This document shows positions 34,157 through 45,073 of a stretch of DNA of 64,000 bases, in pieces. The stretch spans positions 14,249-78,248 of the forward strand of contig JAQVJM010000002.1 in NCBI GenBank assembly GCA_028695135.1. Direction: 5' to 3'. The number at the start of each line of letters is the position of its first letter. The stretch's first letter is position 1. A program made the translations under genes and the position numbers. The stretch comes from Candidatus Moraniibacteriota bacterium (lineage in GTDB: Bacteria; Patescibacteriota; Minisyncoccia; Moranbacterales; UBA9337). The notes beneath the pieces are model-generated. The model did no database searches and had not been told where the DNA came from. It saw only the letters and a list, made by a program, of their open reading frames with translations.

Positions 34157-35074
34157 ATGTCGAGCTTAGACGGCAAAAGATTACAAATAACTCCCAAAGA
34201 CTATATTTCGGCTGATAATAGCAACTATGGTTTTGAGTTTGAAGAGCCGAGTTATGTGGAAAATGAAGGGACCGGAATTGAGGAAAGAATGAATCAGATG
34301 AACGGTTGGGAAAAGGCCTCGGCGCATCTTTCGAGAGTGGGCGATTATATGAGAATTACCAAAAATCCGGACTTGAAAAAAGCATTTGATGAAAAAAGGG
34401 AATATTTGAACGAAAAGGTCGCTGAATTGGAGATAGCGTCCGGATTAGAAAAAGAAGAAATATTAAGGGCTTATTCCGGCATGAGTGAAAATCCCGGGCT
34501 TGCCTTGGAAAAAATCAAAGAGGTTGTGGAAGTCTCTCCCGATCATGCCAGGGGCAAAGGCCTTGCAGGATTTGTCTCATGGATAAAAAAAGAGAGATAT
34601 TCCGATCCGAAAAGAACGGCATCCATAGCATCTGCGTTGATAATTCTAGTCGCTCTTGAGGGGGAGGCGTTTTTTTCAAATGAGGCGGAAAATGATATTG
34701 AGGAAAATATTCCAGCGGGAGAGGGCGGGTCGGAAAATGATCCTGAAAAAGACATTACCGTGGAGGAAAAAGAAATTCTTCCTAAAATTACAAAAAAAGA
34801 AGAAATAGCTCTTATAAAATCTTTATTCGATATCAAGCTCTACGCCCATTATCCGTCTTCCATAATCATAGATTCCCCGAAAGGATTTCCGGAAGATATT
34901 TACGAGATTTTCAATAAGCTCAAAAAAACAGACGGTTATGCGGTCAAGCCGTTCATCGATCTTTTGAAGGAAAATTCCGGAAAATTTGAGCCCGGAGAAT
35001 TGGAAAGGCTGGACGATTATTTGTCTCATGAATTTACCAGAAATTTTTCTTCGGAAAAAAATAATCATACTTAG
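34157..35074 (+). CDS. Acidic hypothetical protein
   Basis: ORF 34079-35074; start chosen at MSSLDGKRLQ; no family recognised. Confidence 0.35.
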   Translation: MSSLDGKRLQITPKDYISADNSNYGFEFEEPSYVENEGTGIEERMNQMNGWEKASAHLSRVGDYMRITKNPDLKKAFDEKREYLNEKVAELEIASGLEKEEILRAYSGMSENPGLALEKIKEVVEVSPDHARGKGLAGFVSWIKKERYSDPKRTASIASALIILVALEGEAFFSNEAENDIEENIPAGEGGSENDPEKDITVEEKEILPKITKKEEIALIKSLFDIKLYAHYPSSIIIDSPKGFPEDIYEIFNKLKKTDGYAVKPFIDLLKENSGKFEPGELERLDDYLSHEFTRNFSSEKNNHT

Positions 35075-35147
35075 GCTTTTTCTGGGCAACAAAGACAGCC
35101 ATATTGGAATCGTTCCGTCGAGCTGTCAACAAATCGCCAAAAAGGCC

Positions 35148-35176
35148 TTGACACATTTTTAGCCGTTTGTTATTAT
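35148..35176 (+). promoter_or_regulatory. Near-consensus sigma-70 promoter (TTGACA-17-TATTAT) upstream of the 23S-5S operon
   Basis: TTGACA at 35148-35153, 17-nt spacer, TATTAT at 35171-35176. Confidence 0.5.
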
Positions 35177-35880
35177 GTATGAGCGTTCAAGATTTTTATT
35201 ATGATGTAATTTTTTAAAGATAATAAATTACTTGAAAAGACAACAAAACAAATCTAAATACAAAAGCGGGTGAATTTTTTTACAGCTATTTTTTAGTTGT
35301 CAAGAGATTGCTCGCCATTAAGGCGAGTTTTTTATTTGGTCCTGCGGATGGCGGAATTATGCGGAAGTCTGGACAAAATAATGTAAAATAGGAGTTGTGC
35401 CGAAATACTTTTTTGTGAATATTTCATGAAAAAATATTTCCGCGCAAATCCGGTAAGAATGATCCGGATGAAGCGAACCTTAAAAATTTAATATTGACCT
35501 ATTGAGTAGCTTTGATCCAGATCAAGCAATTGCGGAAAATCTGATCGGGGCCAAGAAATAGGCGTAGGTAAATCCTGCCGCTTTATCGGCGGCGGGAAAC
35601 AAAGCAATTGCAGTTGACGATCTTAAATGATTGTTAACTGTTAACTTTACCCCGTGTAATCCAGCTTTGCTGGTCTCGCTTGCGAGAATTTCACGGGGTG
35701 AATCCTGCCGCTTTCGAGCGGTGGGAAAAACAACAAAAAGGTTACTTAAGCGTATGGTGGATGCCTAGACTCGTGTGAGCGATGAAGGACGTAGCAGATT
35801 GCGATAAGCCTCGGGGAGCTGTCAAGCAAGCTTTGATCCGGGGATTTCCGAATGGGGAAACCCAGCCGTACATAGCACAG

Positions 35881-36012
35881 AAAATCCGAAATTTAAAATC
35901 CGAAATCCTAAACAATTTTAAAGTCCAAATAATTTAAATTTAAAAACTTTTTAAATTTAGAATTTGGAAAATTTTAATTTATTTAGAAATTGATGCTTTG
36001 AATTTCGAATTT
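35881..36012 (+). repeat. 23S intervening sequence IVS1 (AT-rich hairpin element family) in the helix 9/10 hairpin loop
   Basis: Interrupts the loop of stem CCGTACATAGCACAG/CCGTGTTGTGTGCGG; begins AAAATCCGAAATTTAAAATCCGAAATCCTAAACAAT, ends ...GAATTTCGAATTTC; internally self-complementary. Confidence 0.7.
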
Positions 36013-36382
36013 CCGTGTTGTGTGCGGTTACTATTATCTGAATTCATAGGATAATGGAGCAAACCCAGTGAACTGAAACATCTTAGTAGCTGGAGGAATA
36101 GAAATCAATAGAGATTCCGCAAGTAGTGGCGAGCGAACGCGGAACAGTCTAAAACTCGTCGCCCTCGGGCGACGGGTGGTTGCGAGATAATTGTACTCGT
36201 TTAATCGGGATTGCCTCATATTTTTTAGCAGAACGTTCTGGAAAGAACGGCCAAAGGAAGTAATAGCCTTGTATGCGAAAAAAAATATGAAGCGATGAAA
36301 TTATTCTCAAGTAAGGCGGGACCGGAGAAATCCCGTCTGAATCCGGGAGCACTAACTTCCAAGACTAAATATTACACGAGAT

Positions 36383-36419
<37 letters not shown>

Positions 36420-36492
36420 CATCCCGATAAGGGAGATGAAATAGTATCTGAAACCATATGTTAACAAGGAGTCAGAGCCGTACGTAGTACGG

Positions 36493-36623
36493 AAATCCGA
36501 ATATTAAAATCCGAAATCCGAAACAATATCAAAATTCGAATTGCAAAAATTCAAAAAAATTTTGAATTTAGAATTTTGAAAATTATGATTTGTTTAGAAT
36601 TTCGTGTTTAGAGTTTAGAATTT
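36493..36623 (+). repeat. 23S intervening sequence IVS2 (same family) in the helix 25 loop
   Basis: Interrupts stem GCCGTACGTAGTACGG/CCGCACTGCGCACGGC; begins AAATCCGAATATTAAAATCCGAAATCCGAAACAAT. Confidence 0.7.
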
Positions 36624-37817
36624 CCGCACTGCGCACGGCGATGGCGTGCTTTTTGCAGAACGAGCCAACGAGTTAGTTTTATACGGCTTGCATAAATTAC
36701 TCTGTAAGATATGCATAGTGAAAGCGAGGCTTAACCGCCGATTTTGTCGTATGGACTAGACCCGAATCCAGGCGAGCTACGCATGGGCAGGGCGAACCCC
36801 GAGTAACATCGGGGGGAGGCCCGCACCCACTGATCGTTCGACATCAGGGGATGACCTGTGCGTAGGGGAGAAATTCCAATCGAGCTTGGCTATAGCTGGT
36901 TCTCTCCGAAATAGCTTTGGGGCTAGCGTTCGTTAAATGAGCGCGGGAGGTAGAGCTACTGGATGAGTGTTCGCGGTTCGCCGTAGAACACTCAACCAAA
37001 CTCCGAATTCTTGCGTTTCTTATTCGAGCAGTCAGAAATCCGGCTCTAAGGTCGGATCTCAAAAGGGAAAAAGCCCAGACCATAATCTAAGGTCCCTAAA
37101 TTCATATTAAGTGGCAAAGGAAGTAGAGTTTCTTAAACACCTAGTAGGTTGGCTTAGAAGCAGCCATCCTTTAAAGAGTGCGTAATAGCTCACTAGCTTA
37201 GAGACTTTGCGCCGAAGATGTAACGGGGCTAAATATGATACCGAAGATATGGACCTGTCGCTCTCGAGCGACGGGTGGTAGGAGAGCGTTCTCTGTGAGC
37301 CGAAGCCAAAGGCGTGAGCCATGGTGGATCGCAGAGAAGTGAGAATGTTGGCATGAGTAACCGCAATGTGAGTGAGATCCTCACACCCCGAAAGTTCAAG
37401 GTTTCCTGGGCAATGGCAATCATCCCAGGGTTAGTCGGTCCTAAGGCGAGGCTGAAAGGCGTAGTCGATGGACATACGGTTAATATTCCGTGACTATGAT
37501 TACAATCGATGGAGTGACGCATTTTAGTAACTGTCGCATGTTATTGGATTCATGTAGGTTTTCTGAGGATGTATAGCAGGCAAATCCGTTATACATTAAG
37601 TCCAAGGAAAATCTGGACGCTTCTCTTCGGAGGAGCTAACGACAGCCAGCAGAGTGCCAGGAAAAACTTCTAAGATTATTGTTTTCATATCCGTACCGCA
37701 AACCGACACAGGTGAACAGGGCGAGTAGCCTAAGGGGAACGGGAGAACCTTCGCTAAGGAACTCGGCAAAAAATCTAGACGTAAGTTCGCGAGATGTCTT
37801 GCCAGTGCTTAGCACTA

Positions 37818-37938
37818 AAAATTCGAAATCCGAATATCGAAATCCGAAACAATATCAAAATTCAAATAATTAAGGGCCGTTTTGAATTTAAAAAATTTGA
37901 AAATTATAATTTGTTTTGAGTTTCGTATTTTGATATTC
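37818..37938 (+). repeat. 23S intervening sequence IVS3 (same family) in a domain IV variable helix (helix 63 region)
   Basis: Begins AAAATTCGAAATCCGAATATCGAAATCCGAAACAATATCAAAATTCAAAT; ends ...TTTTGAGTTTCGTATTTTGATATT. Confidence 0.65.
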
Positions 37939-38123
37939 GTGCTTTTGGTGCTATGCATTGGCCGCAGCTAAAGATTCCAAGCGACTGTTTATCAAAAACA
38001 CAGGTCTCTGCAAACCCGTAAGGGGATGTATAGGGGCTGACGCCTGACCAGTGCTGGAACGTTAACGGGAGCGGTGCAAGCCAATCCCCGAAGCGCCAGT
38101 GAACGTCGGCGATAACTATAATC

Positions 38124-38155
<32 letters not shown>

Positions 38156-38384
38156 ATTCCGACCCGCATCAAAGGCGTAACGACTTGGAAACTGTCTCAG
38201 TGAAGGACCCGGTGAAATTGCAATAACGGTAAAGATGCCGTTTACCTACGGCAAGACGAGAAGACCCCGTGGAGCTTTACTACAACTTGGCATTGAATTA
38301 AGATTCTGGCTGCCGAGAATAGGTGGGAGACTTTGAAACCGCGATCCAGGTCGCGGTGGAGTCGCCAGTGGAATACCACCCTGT

Positions 38385-38525
38385 CATTATTTTAATTCTA
38401 ACCCTGTGCTGTTAAGAGTTTGGTAGAAAGTATAAAGTAGCAAGTATAAAGTATGGCAAACCACAATATATATCTTAGTGTCTGAACATAATACATACTA
38501 CATAATACTTCCTGCTTGATTCTTA
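38385..38525 (+). other. ~90-nt expansion in the 23S helix 79 region containing (AAGTATAAAGTA)x2
   Basis: About 140 nt where E. coli has ~50 nt between GAAATACCACCC and CAGTGTCTGGTGGGTAGTTTGA. Confidence 0.45.
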
Positions 38526-38742
38526 CCAGCACGGGAACAGTGCCTGGTGGGTAGTTTGAGTGGGGCGCTCGCCTCCTAAATGGTAACGGAGGCGCTTACA
38601 AAGGTTGGCTAAGTCCGGATGGAAATCGGACTGATAGTACAAAAGCATAAGCCAGCTTTACTGAAAGACTAATAAGTCGCTCAGTTACGAAAGTAGAATT
38701 TAGTGAACCGACCATCGCTTGTAGGAGCGTGGAAGATCATCA

Positions 38743-38774
<32 letters not shown>

Positions 38775-38907
38775 AGTGCCCAAGAGTTCATATCGACGGC
38801 ACTGTTTGGCACCTCGATGTCGGCTCATCTCATCCTGGGGCTGGAGCAGGTCCCAAGGGTTTGGCTGTTCGCCAATTAAAGAGGTACGCGAGCTGGGTTC
38901 AAACCGT

Positions 38908-39166
38908 AAAATGGCTTTTTAGCTTTTAGAAAAAGGAAATTTTACAGTTTGAATCCGAGGTTATAGACATCACATCATGGCGGCTTTTGTTAGCAATAAC
39001 AAAAGAGAAGCTAACTAATATCGGTAGAATCCTAGCGAGTAATCGCGGACAATACCGAGGGAATTTGTCTAATTTGACAAAGCCCGTAGAGACTAGACGT
39101 TAGCCTCCATAATTATTTGTGGATGAAGTTATAGTCCAATGCACGCAGTAATGCGTGAAAAACATG
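38908..39166 (+). other. 259-nt ORF-less group-I-intron-like insertion at the classic 23S homing site (between ...AACCGT and CGTGAGACAG, E. coli ~2593)
   Basis: Exon junction matches E. coli GAACGT|CGTGAGACAG; 5' exon ends in U, insert ends in G; core-like elements AGAGACTAGAC (R-like) and AAGTTATAGTCC (S-like, cf. AAGAUAUAGUCC). Confidence 0.55.
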
Positions 39167-39572
39167 CGTGAGACAGGTTGGTCTCTATCTGCCGTAGGCG
39201 TTATTACTTGAGAGGATTCTTTCCTAGTACGAGAGGACCGGAAAGAGCGAACCTCTGGTGCATCGGCTGTTCCGCCAGGAGCAATGTCGAGTAGCTATGT
39301 TCGTAAGGGATAACCGTTGAAAGCATCTAAACGGGAAGCCTACCTCAAGATAAGGTAATTTATGTTTTCCTAGAAGAAGACTAGGTTGATAGGCTCTAGG
39401 TGTAAGCGTAGTGATACGTTTAGCCGAGGAGTACTAATAAACTAAAACCTTTTTTTGTTTTTGCTTAGTGGCATACTATAGTAGCCATTAGGAAAAAAGT
39501 TAACAGTTAACAGCCATTTATATACATCTGGCTGGAGCTTTTTAAAACCTACAATTTTTTTGAATATATGAT

Positions 39573-39686
39573 TCTTGGTGTCTCTAGCGAAGGGGGTACA
39601 CCTGATCCCATTCCGAACTCAGCAGTTAAGCCCTTCAGCGCCGATGATACCCGGTTTTTCCGGGGAAAGTAGGTCGGTGCCAAGAA
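39573..39686 (+). rRNA. rrf: 5S ribosomal RNA
   Basis: TCTTGGTGTCTCTAGCGAAGGGGGTACACCTGATCCCATTCCGAACTCAGCAGTTAAGCCCTTCAGCGCCGATGATAC...GTAGGTCGGTGCCAAGA; flanked by complementary ATATGATTCTTGG/CCAAGAATCATAT processing stem. Confidence 0.85.
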
Positions 39687-39703
39687 TCATATATTCAAAT
39701 TAG

Positions 39704-39731
39704 AAACCGCTTTAAAAGGCGGTTTTTTTTA
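39704..39731 (+). terminator. Rho-independent terminator of the rRNA operon
   Basis: ACCGC-TTTAAAAG-GCGGT followed by TTTTTTT. Confidence 0.65.
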
Positions 39732-39823
39732 ATCTCTGCCTGCCTGCAGTGCTTTGCGCATGCATTGCAAGCGGGCGATTACGAATCTTTATGAATCTCT
39801 TTGGCTGGATATTTTTTTAGATT

Positions 39824-40921
39824 ATGGCTATAATGGATATGCTAAATTTAAACCAGAAAATTTTTATGATAAATCGCAGAAAAACCAAAAAGATAAAAGT
39901 CGGCAACATGTATATCGGCGGAGATGCTCCAGTTTCAGTTCAGTCAATGTGCAATACCGATACCCGAGACGTTGATGCGACTGTTGCCCAAATAAAGCAA
40001 TTGATCCAGGCGGGCTGTGAGATTATCCGCGTGGCTGTGCCCGATATGGAAGCGGCTAAAGCTTTGGGAAATATTAAAAAACAGATTAATATTCCGTTGG
40101 TAGCTGATATTCATTTTTCTGCCGAATATGCTATGGAAGCGATAAGACAGGGAGTGGACAAGCTTCGTATCAATCCGGGAAATATCGGATCCAGAGAAAA
40201 AGTCGAGATGCTCGTAAAAGAATGCAAGAACAAAAAAATTCCTATTAGGATCGGAATAAATGCAGGATCTCTGGAAAAAGAAATTTTAGAGAAATATGAT
40301 GGGAAAGTGACGTCTGAGGGGATGGTCGAATCGGCTATGGGACACATAAAAATTTTAGAAGAGAATGACTTTTATGATATCGCAGTTTCTCTTAAGGCCA
40401 ATGACATAGAAAGAACCGTCGAGGCCTATAGGTTGCTTTCAGAAAAAGTTGATTACCCTCTCCACATAGGAATAACGGAAGCCGGGACAAGTTTTCGCGG
40501 AACAGTTATGTCTTCAGTCGGACTGGGCATTTTGCTTTATGACGGAATAGGGGATACAATGAGGGTATCGCTTACTGCTGATCCGGTCGAGGAAATAAGG
40601 GTTTGCTGGGAAATCCTCAAGTCTTTGGGGCTTCGCAAAAAAGGAATTTCCGTAACGAGCTGTCCCACTTGCGGGAGGACTGAAATTGATCTCGTGAGCC
40701 TAGCCCAAAAAGTTGAAAAATCTCTGGAAGGAATAGACAAGGATATCAGGGTGGCGGTAATGGGATGCGTGGTAAATGGTCCCGGTGAAGCCAGAGAAGC
40801 CGATCTGGCTATAATCGGAGGGAAAGGTGTAGGCCTTATAATGAAAAAAGGGAAATTGCTCAAAAAAGTGGATGAGAAAGATCTGCTTGATGAGTTTATC
40901 AAAGAAGTGGATAAGTTTTAG
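39824..40921 (+). CDS. ispG: 4-hydroxy-3-methylbut-2-enyl diphosphate synthase (IspG/GcpE)
   Basis: IKVGNMYIGGDAPVSVQSMCNTDTRD, RINPGNIG, C-terminal TSCPTCGRT...MGCVVNGPGE Fe-S motif. Confidence 0.9.
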   Translation: MAIMDMLNLNQKIFMINRRKTKKIKVGNMYIGGDAPVSVQSMCNTDTRDVDATVAQIKQLIQAGCEIIRVAVPDMEAAKALGNIKKQINIPLVADIHFSAEYAMEAIRQGVDKLRINPGNIGSREKVEMLVKECKNKKIPIRIGINAGSLEKEILEKYDGKVTSEGMVESAMGHIKILEENDFYDIAVSLKANDIERTVEAYRLLSEKVDYPLHIGITEAGTSFRGTVMSSVGLGILLYDGIGDTMRVSLTADPVEEIRVCWEILKSLGLRKKGISVTSCPTCGRTEIDLVSLAQKVEKSLEGIDKDIRVAVMGCVVNGPGEAREADLAIIGGKGVGLIMKKGKLLKKVDEKDLLDEFIKEVDKF

Positions 40922-41106
40922 TTTAGGTTTCGGGTAGAAATCCCCCTTTTCTAAAGGGGGTGCCTGTGAAGTATGCGGGGGATTTGAAAGGTTTTCAAAT
41001 TAGCAGACGTTTGCGTTGATTTAAAGTTTTTCAAATCCCTCTGTCTCGTCGCGGCGAGACATATCCCTTTTCCAAAGGGAGATAATAATAATTTAAATAA
41101 TTTAAT

Positions 41107-41493
41107 ATGTTTAAAGATTTTAAAAAATTTGCCATAAAAGGCAATGTTGTCGATCTGGCAATCGGAGTAGTCATCGGAACCGCTTTCAGCAAAATAGTGA
41201 GTTCCTTTGTCTCCGATATCATTATGCCTCCGCTAGGAGTGCTTACCGGGGGAGTGGATTTTTCAGATTTATCATTGACCCTAAAAAAAGCCACGGAAGA
41301 TTCTCAGGCAGTTGCTATGAATTACGGATTGTTCATCGATGCAGTGATAAATTTCTTCATAATTTCCTTCTCTATATTCATTGTAATAAGACAATTTGAG
41401 CGTTTCAAGAAAAAAGAAGAGAAGAAGCCCCAGCGGCCGCCGGAAGAAGTCAGGTTGCTCAGGGAGATAAGGGATGAGCTGAAGAAAAGATGA
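41107..41493 (+). CDS. mscL: Large-conductance mechanosensitive channel MscL
   Basis: MFKDFKKFAIKGNVVDLAIGVVIGTAFSKIVSSFVSDIIMPPLG, 128 aa. Confidence 0.85.
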   Translation: MFKDFKKFAIKGNVVDLAIGVVIGTAFSKIVSSFVSDIIMPPLGVLTGGVDFSDLSLTLKKATEDSQAVAMNYGLFIDAVINFFIISFSIFIVIRQFERFKKKEEKKPQRPPEEVRLLREIRDELKKR

Positions 41494-41566
41494 AATTAAT
41501 AAGTTATTCGAGAAGATAGCAATAAAAAAGTGTATCTTTAAAGATACACTTTTTTAAATTGTCTTT

Positions 41567-42106
41567 TTAATTTTTCAATTGCTGATTATCAATTATATCC
41601 TCCGTGATCCTGTTTTGGCATACTTCTTTTATTTTGGAATCTTCTATCTTTTGACAGATTGAAAAATCGGTTTTTCTTACCGCTTCGTCTTTCCAGCAAT
41701 AGTCTCTTTCTAGTCCGCTTAAGGCATCGCAACCGTTATCCTGTGGATCTGTCGGAGCGCTCAGCCCGCAGACTTGTTTGCAATAGTCCCTTTCTTTTTC
41801 GATTTCGAAATAAATGCACTCATTGTCGCAGTCAACAGGTGTAATTTCCAGAAACATGTTGCCTTGTTCCGATTCCGGAAAATTAACATCTCCTTCTTTT
41901 GGCCCAGGTTCGTTTTTATTGCCGTTTTCCGCAGTGGAATAAGAGTCTGCCGATCCATTTTTTAAGGCATCTTTATTCTCTTGCGATGAAGATATTTCCG
42001 CATCTTTTCCACCGTTAAAATAGCGCTCTTTTATTACGGGATAAGCCCAGTAAGTTATGGCGCTAAGGCCTACGATGTATAAAAATAATGCCAGTTTTCT
42101 TTTCAT
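41567..42106 (-). CDS. Secreted Cys-rich hypothetical protein
   Basis: N-terminal signal/TM, repeated (E)RDYC motifs, 10 Cys. Confidence 0.4.
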   Translation of the reverse strand: MKRKLALFLYIVGLSAITYWAYPVIKERYFNGGKDAEISSSQENKDALKNGSADSYSTAENGNKNEPGPKEGDVNFPESEQGNMFLEITPVDCDNECIYFEIEKERDYCKQVCGLSAPTDPQDNGCDALSGLERDYCWKDEAVRKTDFSICQKIEDSKIKEVCQNRITEDIIDNQQLKN

Positions 42107-43542
42107 ATTTTTTTAATTTCGTATTTTTCTTCCAGGTCTTTTATTTCATAGCCTTTCTCTTTGAGCTTATCTCTGATTTTGTCGGCTTTTTTGAAATCTT
42201 TTTCTTTCCGGGCACTTTCTCTTTCTTCCGCCAGTTCTTTTATCTCATCAGGGACAGCTTCCTCTTTTTCATATAATCTCAGCCCCAAAACATCATTAAT
42301 TTTTTCCCAGAAATTCAGAATATCTTTCACCTGATCGGCGCTTATTTTTTTATCATTCATGAGCTTATTTACTTCTGTTATCATTTCGTAAATCGCGCTA
42401 AGAGCCAGGGGAGTATTTAGGTCATCGTCCATAGCTGATTCGAATTTGTCTTGATAGCCTTTCAGCTTTTTGTCATCAAACTTCCCTTTTTTTGATAATT
42501 CCATCGGCTCGACAGATTTTAGTTTTTTAATAAATTCGGATATTCTATCCAAGTTTTTTTTGGCTTGGTCCATCGCGTCCCAAGAAAAATTTAAAGAAGA
42601 TTTATAATGAGATGAAATAAGCAACATCCTTAAATCCATAGCGGTGTATCCTTTTTTCTTTATATCTTCAATCAAATATAAATTTCCTTTGGATTTGCTC
42701 ATTTTTTCGCCCTTTTCCTGCAACATTCCTCCGTGAAACCAATAATTAACAAACTGTTTTCCTGTAAAACATTCGGTTTGAGCTATTTCCGCTTCATGAT
42801 GGGGAAAAATATTGTCTTCTCCGCCGGTGTGGATGTCGATGGTCTCTCCCAGGTATTCTGTGCTCATGGCGCTGCATTCGATGTGCCAGCCCGGGTAGCC
42901 GATCCCCCAAGGACTTTTCCATTTCATCAGGTGTTCTTCGGGCGCCTTGAGCCAAAGGGCGAAGTCCCAGGGATTTTTTTTGTCGGGATGTTCTTCGAGC
43001 CTGGCGCCTACTTTTAAGTTTTCCAGAGTGTTTCCGGAAAGTTTTCCGTAATCTTTAAATTTTGAGATATCAAAAAATACATTGCCATTTTTTTCGTAGG
43101 CATATCCTTTTTCTATGAGACCTTCTATTATTTTAATCATTTGAGGAACATGGGCGGTAGCTCTCGGAAAATACTGAGCCGGAAGGATATGCATCTCATT
43201 TTCCACGCTTCTGAAATAACTTTCATAGAAATCGGCGATTTCCTGGGGGGTTTTCTTTTCGCTCAAAGCTTTTTTTATGAGCTTGTCCTCGCCACTATCC
43301 CCTTGGGCTAAATCATCATCCGTTAGATGTCCGACGTCCGTGATGTTTTTTATATGGCGGACCTCATATCCGGCATACTCAAGATAACGTCTGAGGATGT
43401 CCGCATTGGTGTAGGCGCGAATATTTCCGATATGGATGTAGCCGTAAACCGTCGGACCGCAAGTGTACATGCCGACTTTTCCGGGATGTATCGGTTTAAA
43501 TTCTTCTTTTCTGTTGGTGAGAGTATTGTATATATGCAACAT
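42103..43542 (-). CDS. cysS: Cysteinyl-tRNA synthetase
   Basis: [18 protein letters not shown] (HIGH), KMSKSKGN, zinc ligands; start taken at MLHIYNTL (the ORF track extends to 43563). Confidence 0.9.
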   Translation of the reverse strand: MLHIYNTLTNRKEEFKPIHPGKVGMYTCGPTVYGYIHIGNIRAYTNADILRRYLEYAGYEVRHIKNITDVGHLTDDDLAQGDSGEDKLIKKALSEKKTPQEIADFYESYFRSVENEMHILPAQYFPRATAHVPQMIKIIEGLIEKGYAYEKNGNVFFDISKFKDYGKLSGNTLENLKVGARLEEHPDKKNPWDFALWLKAPEEHLMKWKSPWGIGYPGWHIECSAMSTEYLGETIDIHTGGEDNIFPHHEAEIAQTECFTGKQFVNYWFHGGMLQEKGEKMSKSKGNLYLIEDIKKKGYTAMDLRMLLISSHYKSSLNFSWDAMDQAKKNLDRISEFIKKLKSVEPMELSKKGKFDDKKLKGYQDKFESAMDDDLNTPLALSAIYEMITEVNKLMNDKKISADQVKDILNFWEKINDVLGLRLYEKEEAVPDEIKELAEERESARKEKDFKKADKIRDKLKEKGYEIKDLEEKYEIKKI

Positions 43543-43701
43543 GTAGCATGCGACACGTGACATGGAGCATTTTTTATCTTTTTAATGTCCAATGTTTTAT
43601 GTCCAATGATATGCTTTTAGCTTATTATAAAAACCGCTTGATAACAAGTAATTGCAAAAAATTAAATCCTTGTCCCATGTCGCATGTCTCTTGTCACTTG
43701 A

Positions 43702-44610
43702 TCAAAGCCATTTTTTAATTTTAAACATTACTATAGTAAAAAGTGATATAAAAAACATTATTCCTATATGGATCCAAAAACCGAAAGGGTGGGATGCGAA
43801 AGGTATTTTGGCGCTCATGGCCAGGATGTTGGAATAAACCGTCATCGGAAGCATTATGGCGGAAAAAATCGTCAAAACTTTCATGGTAAGGTTCAATTTA
43901 TTAGAAAGCAGAGAATTGTTGGTTTCCTCCAGGGACTCGATCGTTTCCTTGGCGCTTTCCAGAGAGCTCCAAAGCCTTATATTGGTGCCGATCAGGTCTT
44001 GGTAATAAGGTTTAAGTTCGCTCGGTATGAACCTCGTTTCCATCTGAGCCAATGATTCCAAAATCGATCTCTGAGGCTTTAAAGTCCTTCTGAAGTTTAA
44101 AATATCTCTTTTGGCGAGAGAAATTTCACGAACCATTTCTGTTTCGTCTCCGTTAAAGACGTGCCCCTCGATTACATCTATATTTTTATGGATGTGAGCC
44201 AACCTGGGGAAGCAGGATTCTATAAGCATTTCCAATATATGGTAGAGGAGATGGGCAGGGGTCTCATTCATATAAAGTTTTTTTCTGCCTTCGCTTGATT
44301 CCAATTTTCTGAAAAAATCGGTTAGCTGATAAATGTCTTGCTTGTGCCCCGTAATAAGATGATTTTTGGTTATTACTATATCGAGTTCTCCCGGATAAGT
44401 CGTTCTCTCTACGGCATCGAAAAGAGGGATATGGACGGTCAAAAATATGCAGTTATTGTATTCCGTAGCCCTGGGTCTTATGGTAGGCGTGACAAATTCT
44501 TCAATGGCCAACGGATGGATATTGAAGTTTTCTTGCAAATAATAAGTGCTTTCCTTATCGGGATTTTCAAAGTCTATCCAGTTTATATTTTTGTATTTGA
44601 CTTCTCTCAT
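43702..44610 (-). CDS. CorA-family divalent cation transporter homolog with the GMN signature replaced by AMS
   Basis: CorA architecture (cytoplasmic N-domain plus 2 C-terminal TM); TM1 end reads MPMTVYSNILAMSAKIP where CorA/ZntB have (Y/F)GMN. Confidence 0.6.
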   Translation of the reverse strand: MREVKYKNINWIDFENPDKESTYYLQENFNIHPLAIEEFVTPTIRPRATEYNNCIFLTVHIPLFDAVERTTYPGELDIVITKNHLITGHKQDIYQLTDFFRKLESSEGRKKLYMNETPAHLLYHILEMLIESCFPRLAHIHKNIDVIEGHVFNGDETEMVREISLAKRDILNFRRTLKPQRSILESLAQMETRFIPSELKPYYQDLIGTNIRLWSSLESAKETIESLEETNNSLLSNKLNLTMKVLTIFSAIMLPMTVYSNILAMSAKIPFASHPFGFWIHIGIMFFISLFTIVMFKIKKWL

Positions 44611-44693
44611 TTTTGTTTAGGTCTTAGGCATGAATCTAAATATAAAATTATTATACATTTTATTTGACTAATTGGCAAAAGTTTTATAAAATT

Positions 44694-44948
44694 ATGCGAA
44701 TGAAGAAATTTTTGCTGTTTTTAATAAGGCTTTATCAGAAATTCCTGTCTCCGGATCAGGGGATTTTTAGCTTTATTTTTTCCGAAAGATTCTGCCGTTT
44801 TCATCCGACCTGTTCTGAATATACCTATCAGGCTGTAGAAAGATTCGGTATCCTTAAGGGAGGTTTCTTGGGATTTAAAAGAGTGATAAGATGCCACCCG
44901 TGGAATGAGGGAGGCTATGATCCGATACCGCCGAAACATAAATCATAA
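44694..44948 (+). CDS. yidD: Membrane protein insertion efficiency factor YidD
   Basis: LIRLYQKFLSP...CRFHPTCSEYTYQAVERFG...GFKRVIRCHPWNEGGYDPIP; start chosen at MRMKKFLL. Confidence 0.75.
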   Translation: MRMKKFLLFLIRLYQKFLSPDQGIFSFIFSERFCRFHPTCSEYTYQAVERFGILKGGFLGFKRVIRCHPWNEGGYDPIPPKHKS

Positions 44949-45073
44949 AGCATGAAGCATAGAACATTCGTAATGATGCTTCATGTTATATGTTGTATGT
45001 TCAATGAAATAGCTTTCAAATTTTTTGGAAGTCAGATTTTAGAAAAAAGTTCCTTGAAAAAAGAGGTGAAATT

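Noticed and set aside
39754-39975. ORF 39754-39975 (+) overlapping the ispG start
   Set aside because: Out-of-frame overlap with ispG; ispG homology begins at ~39869.
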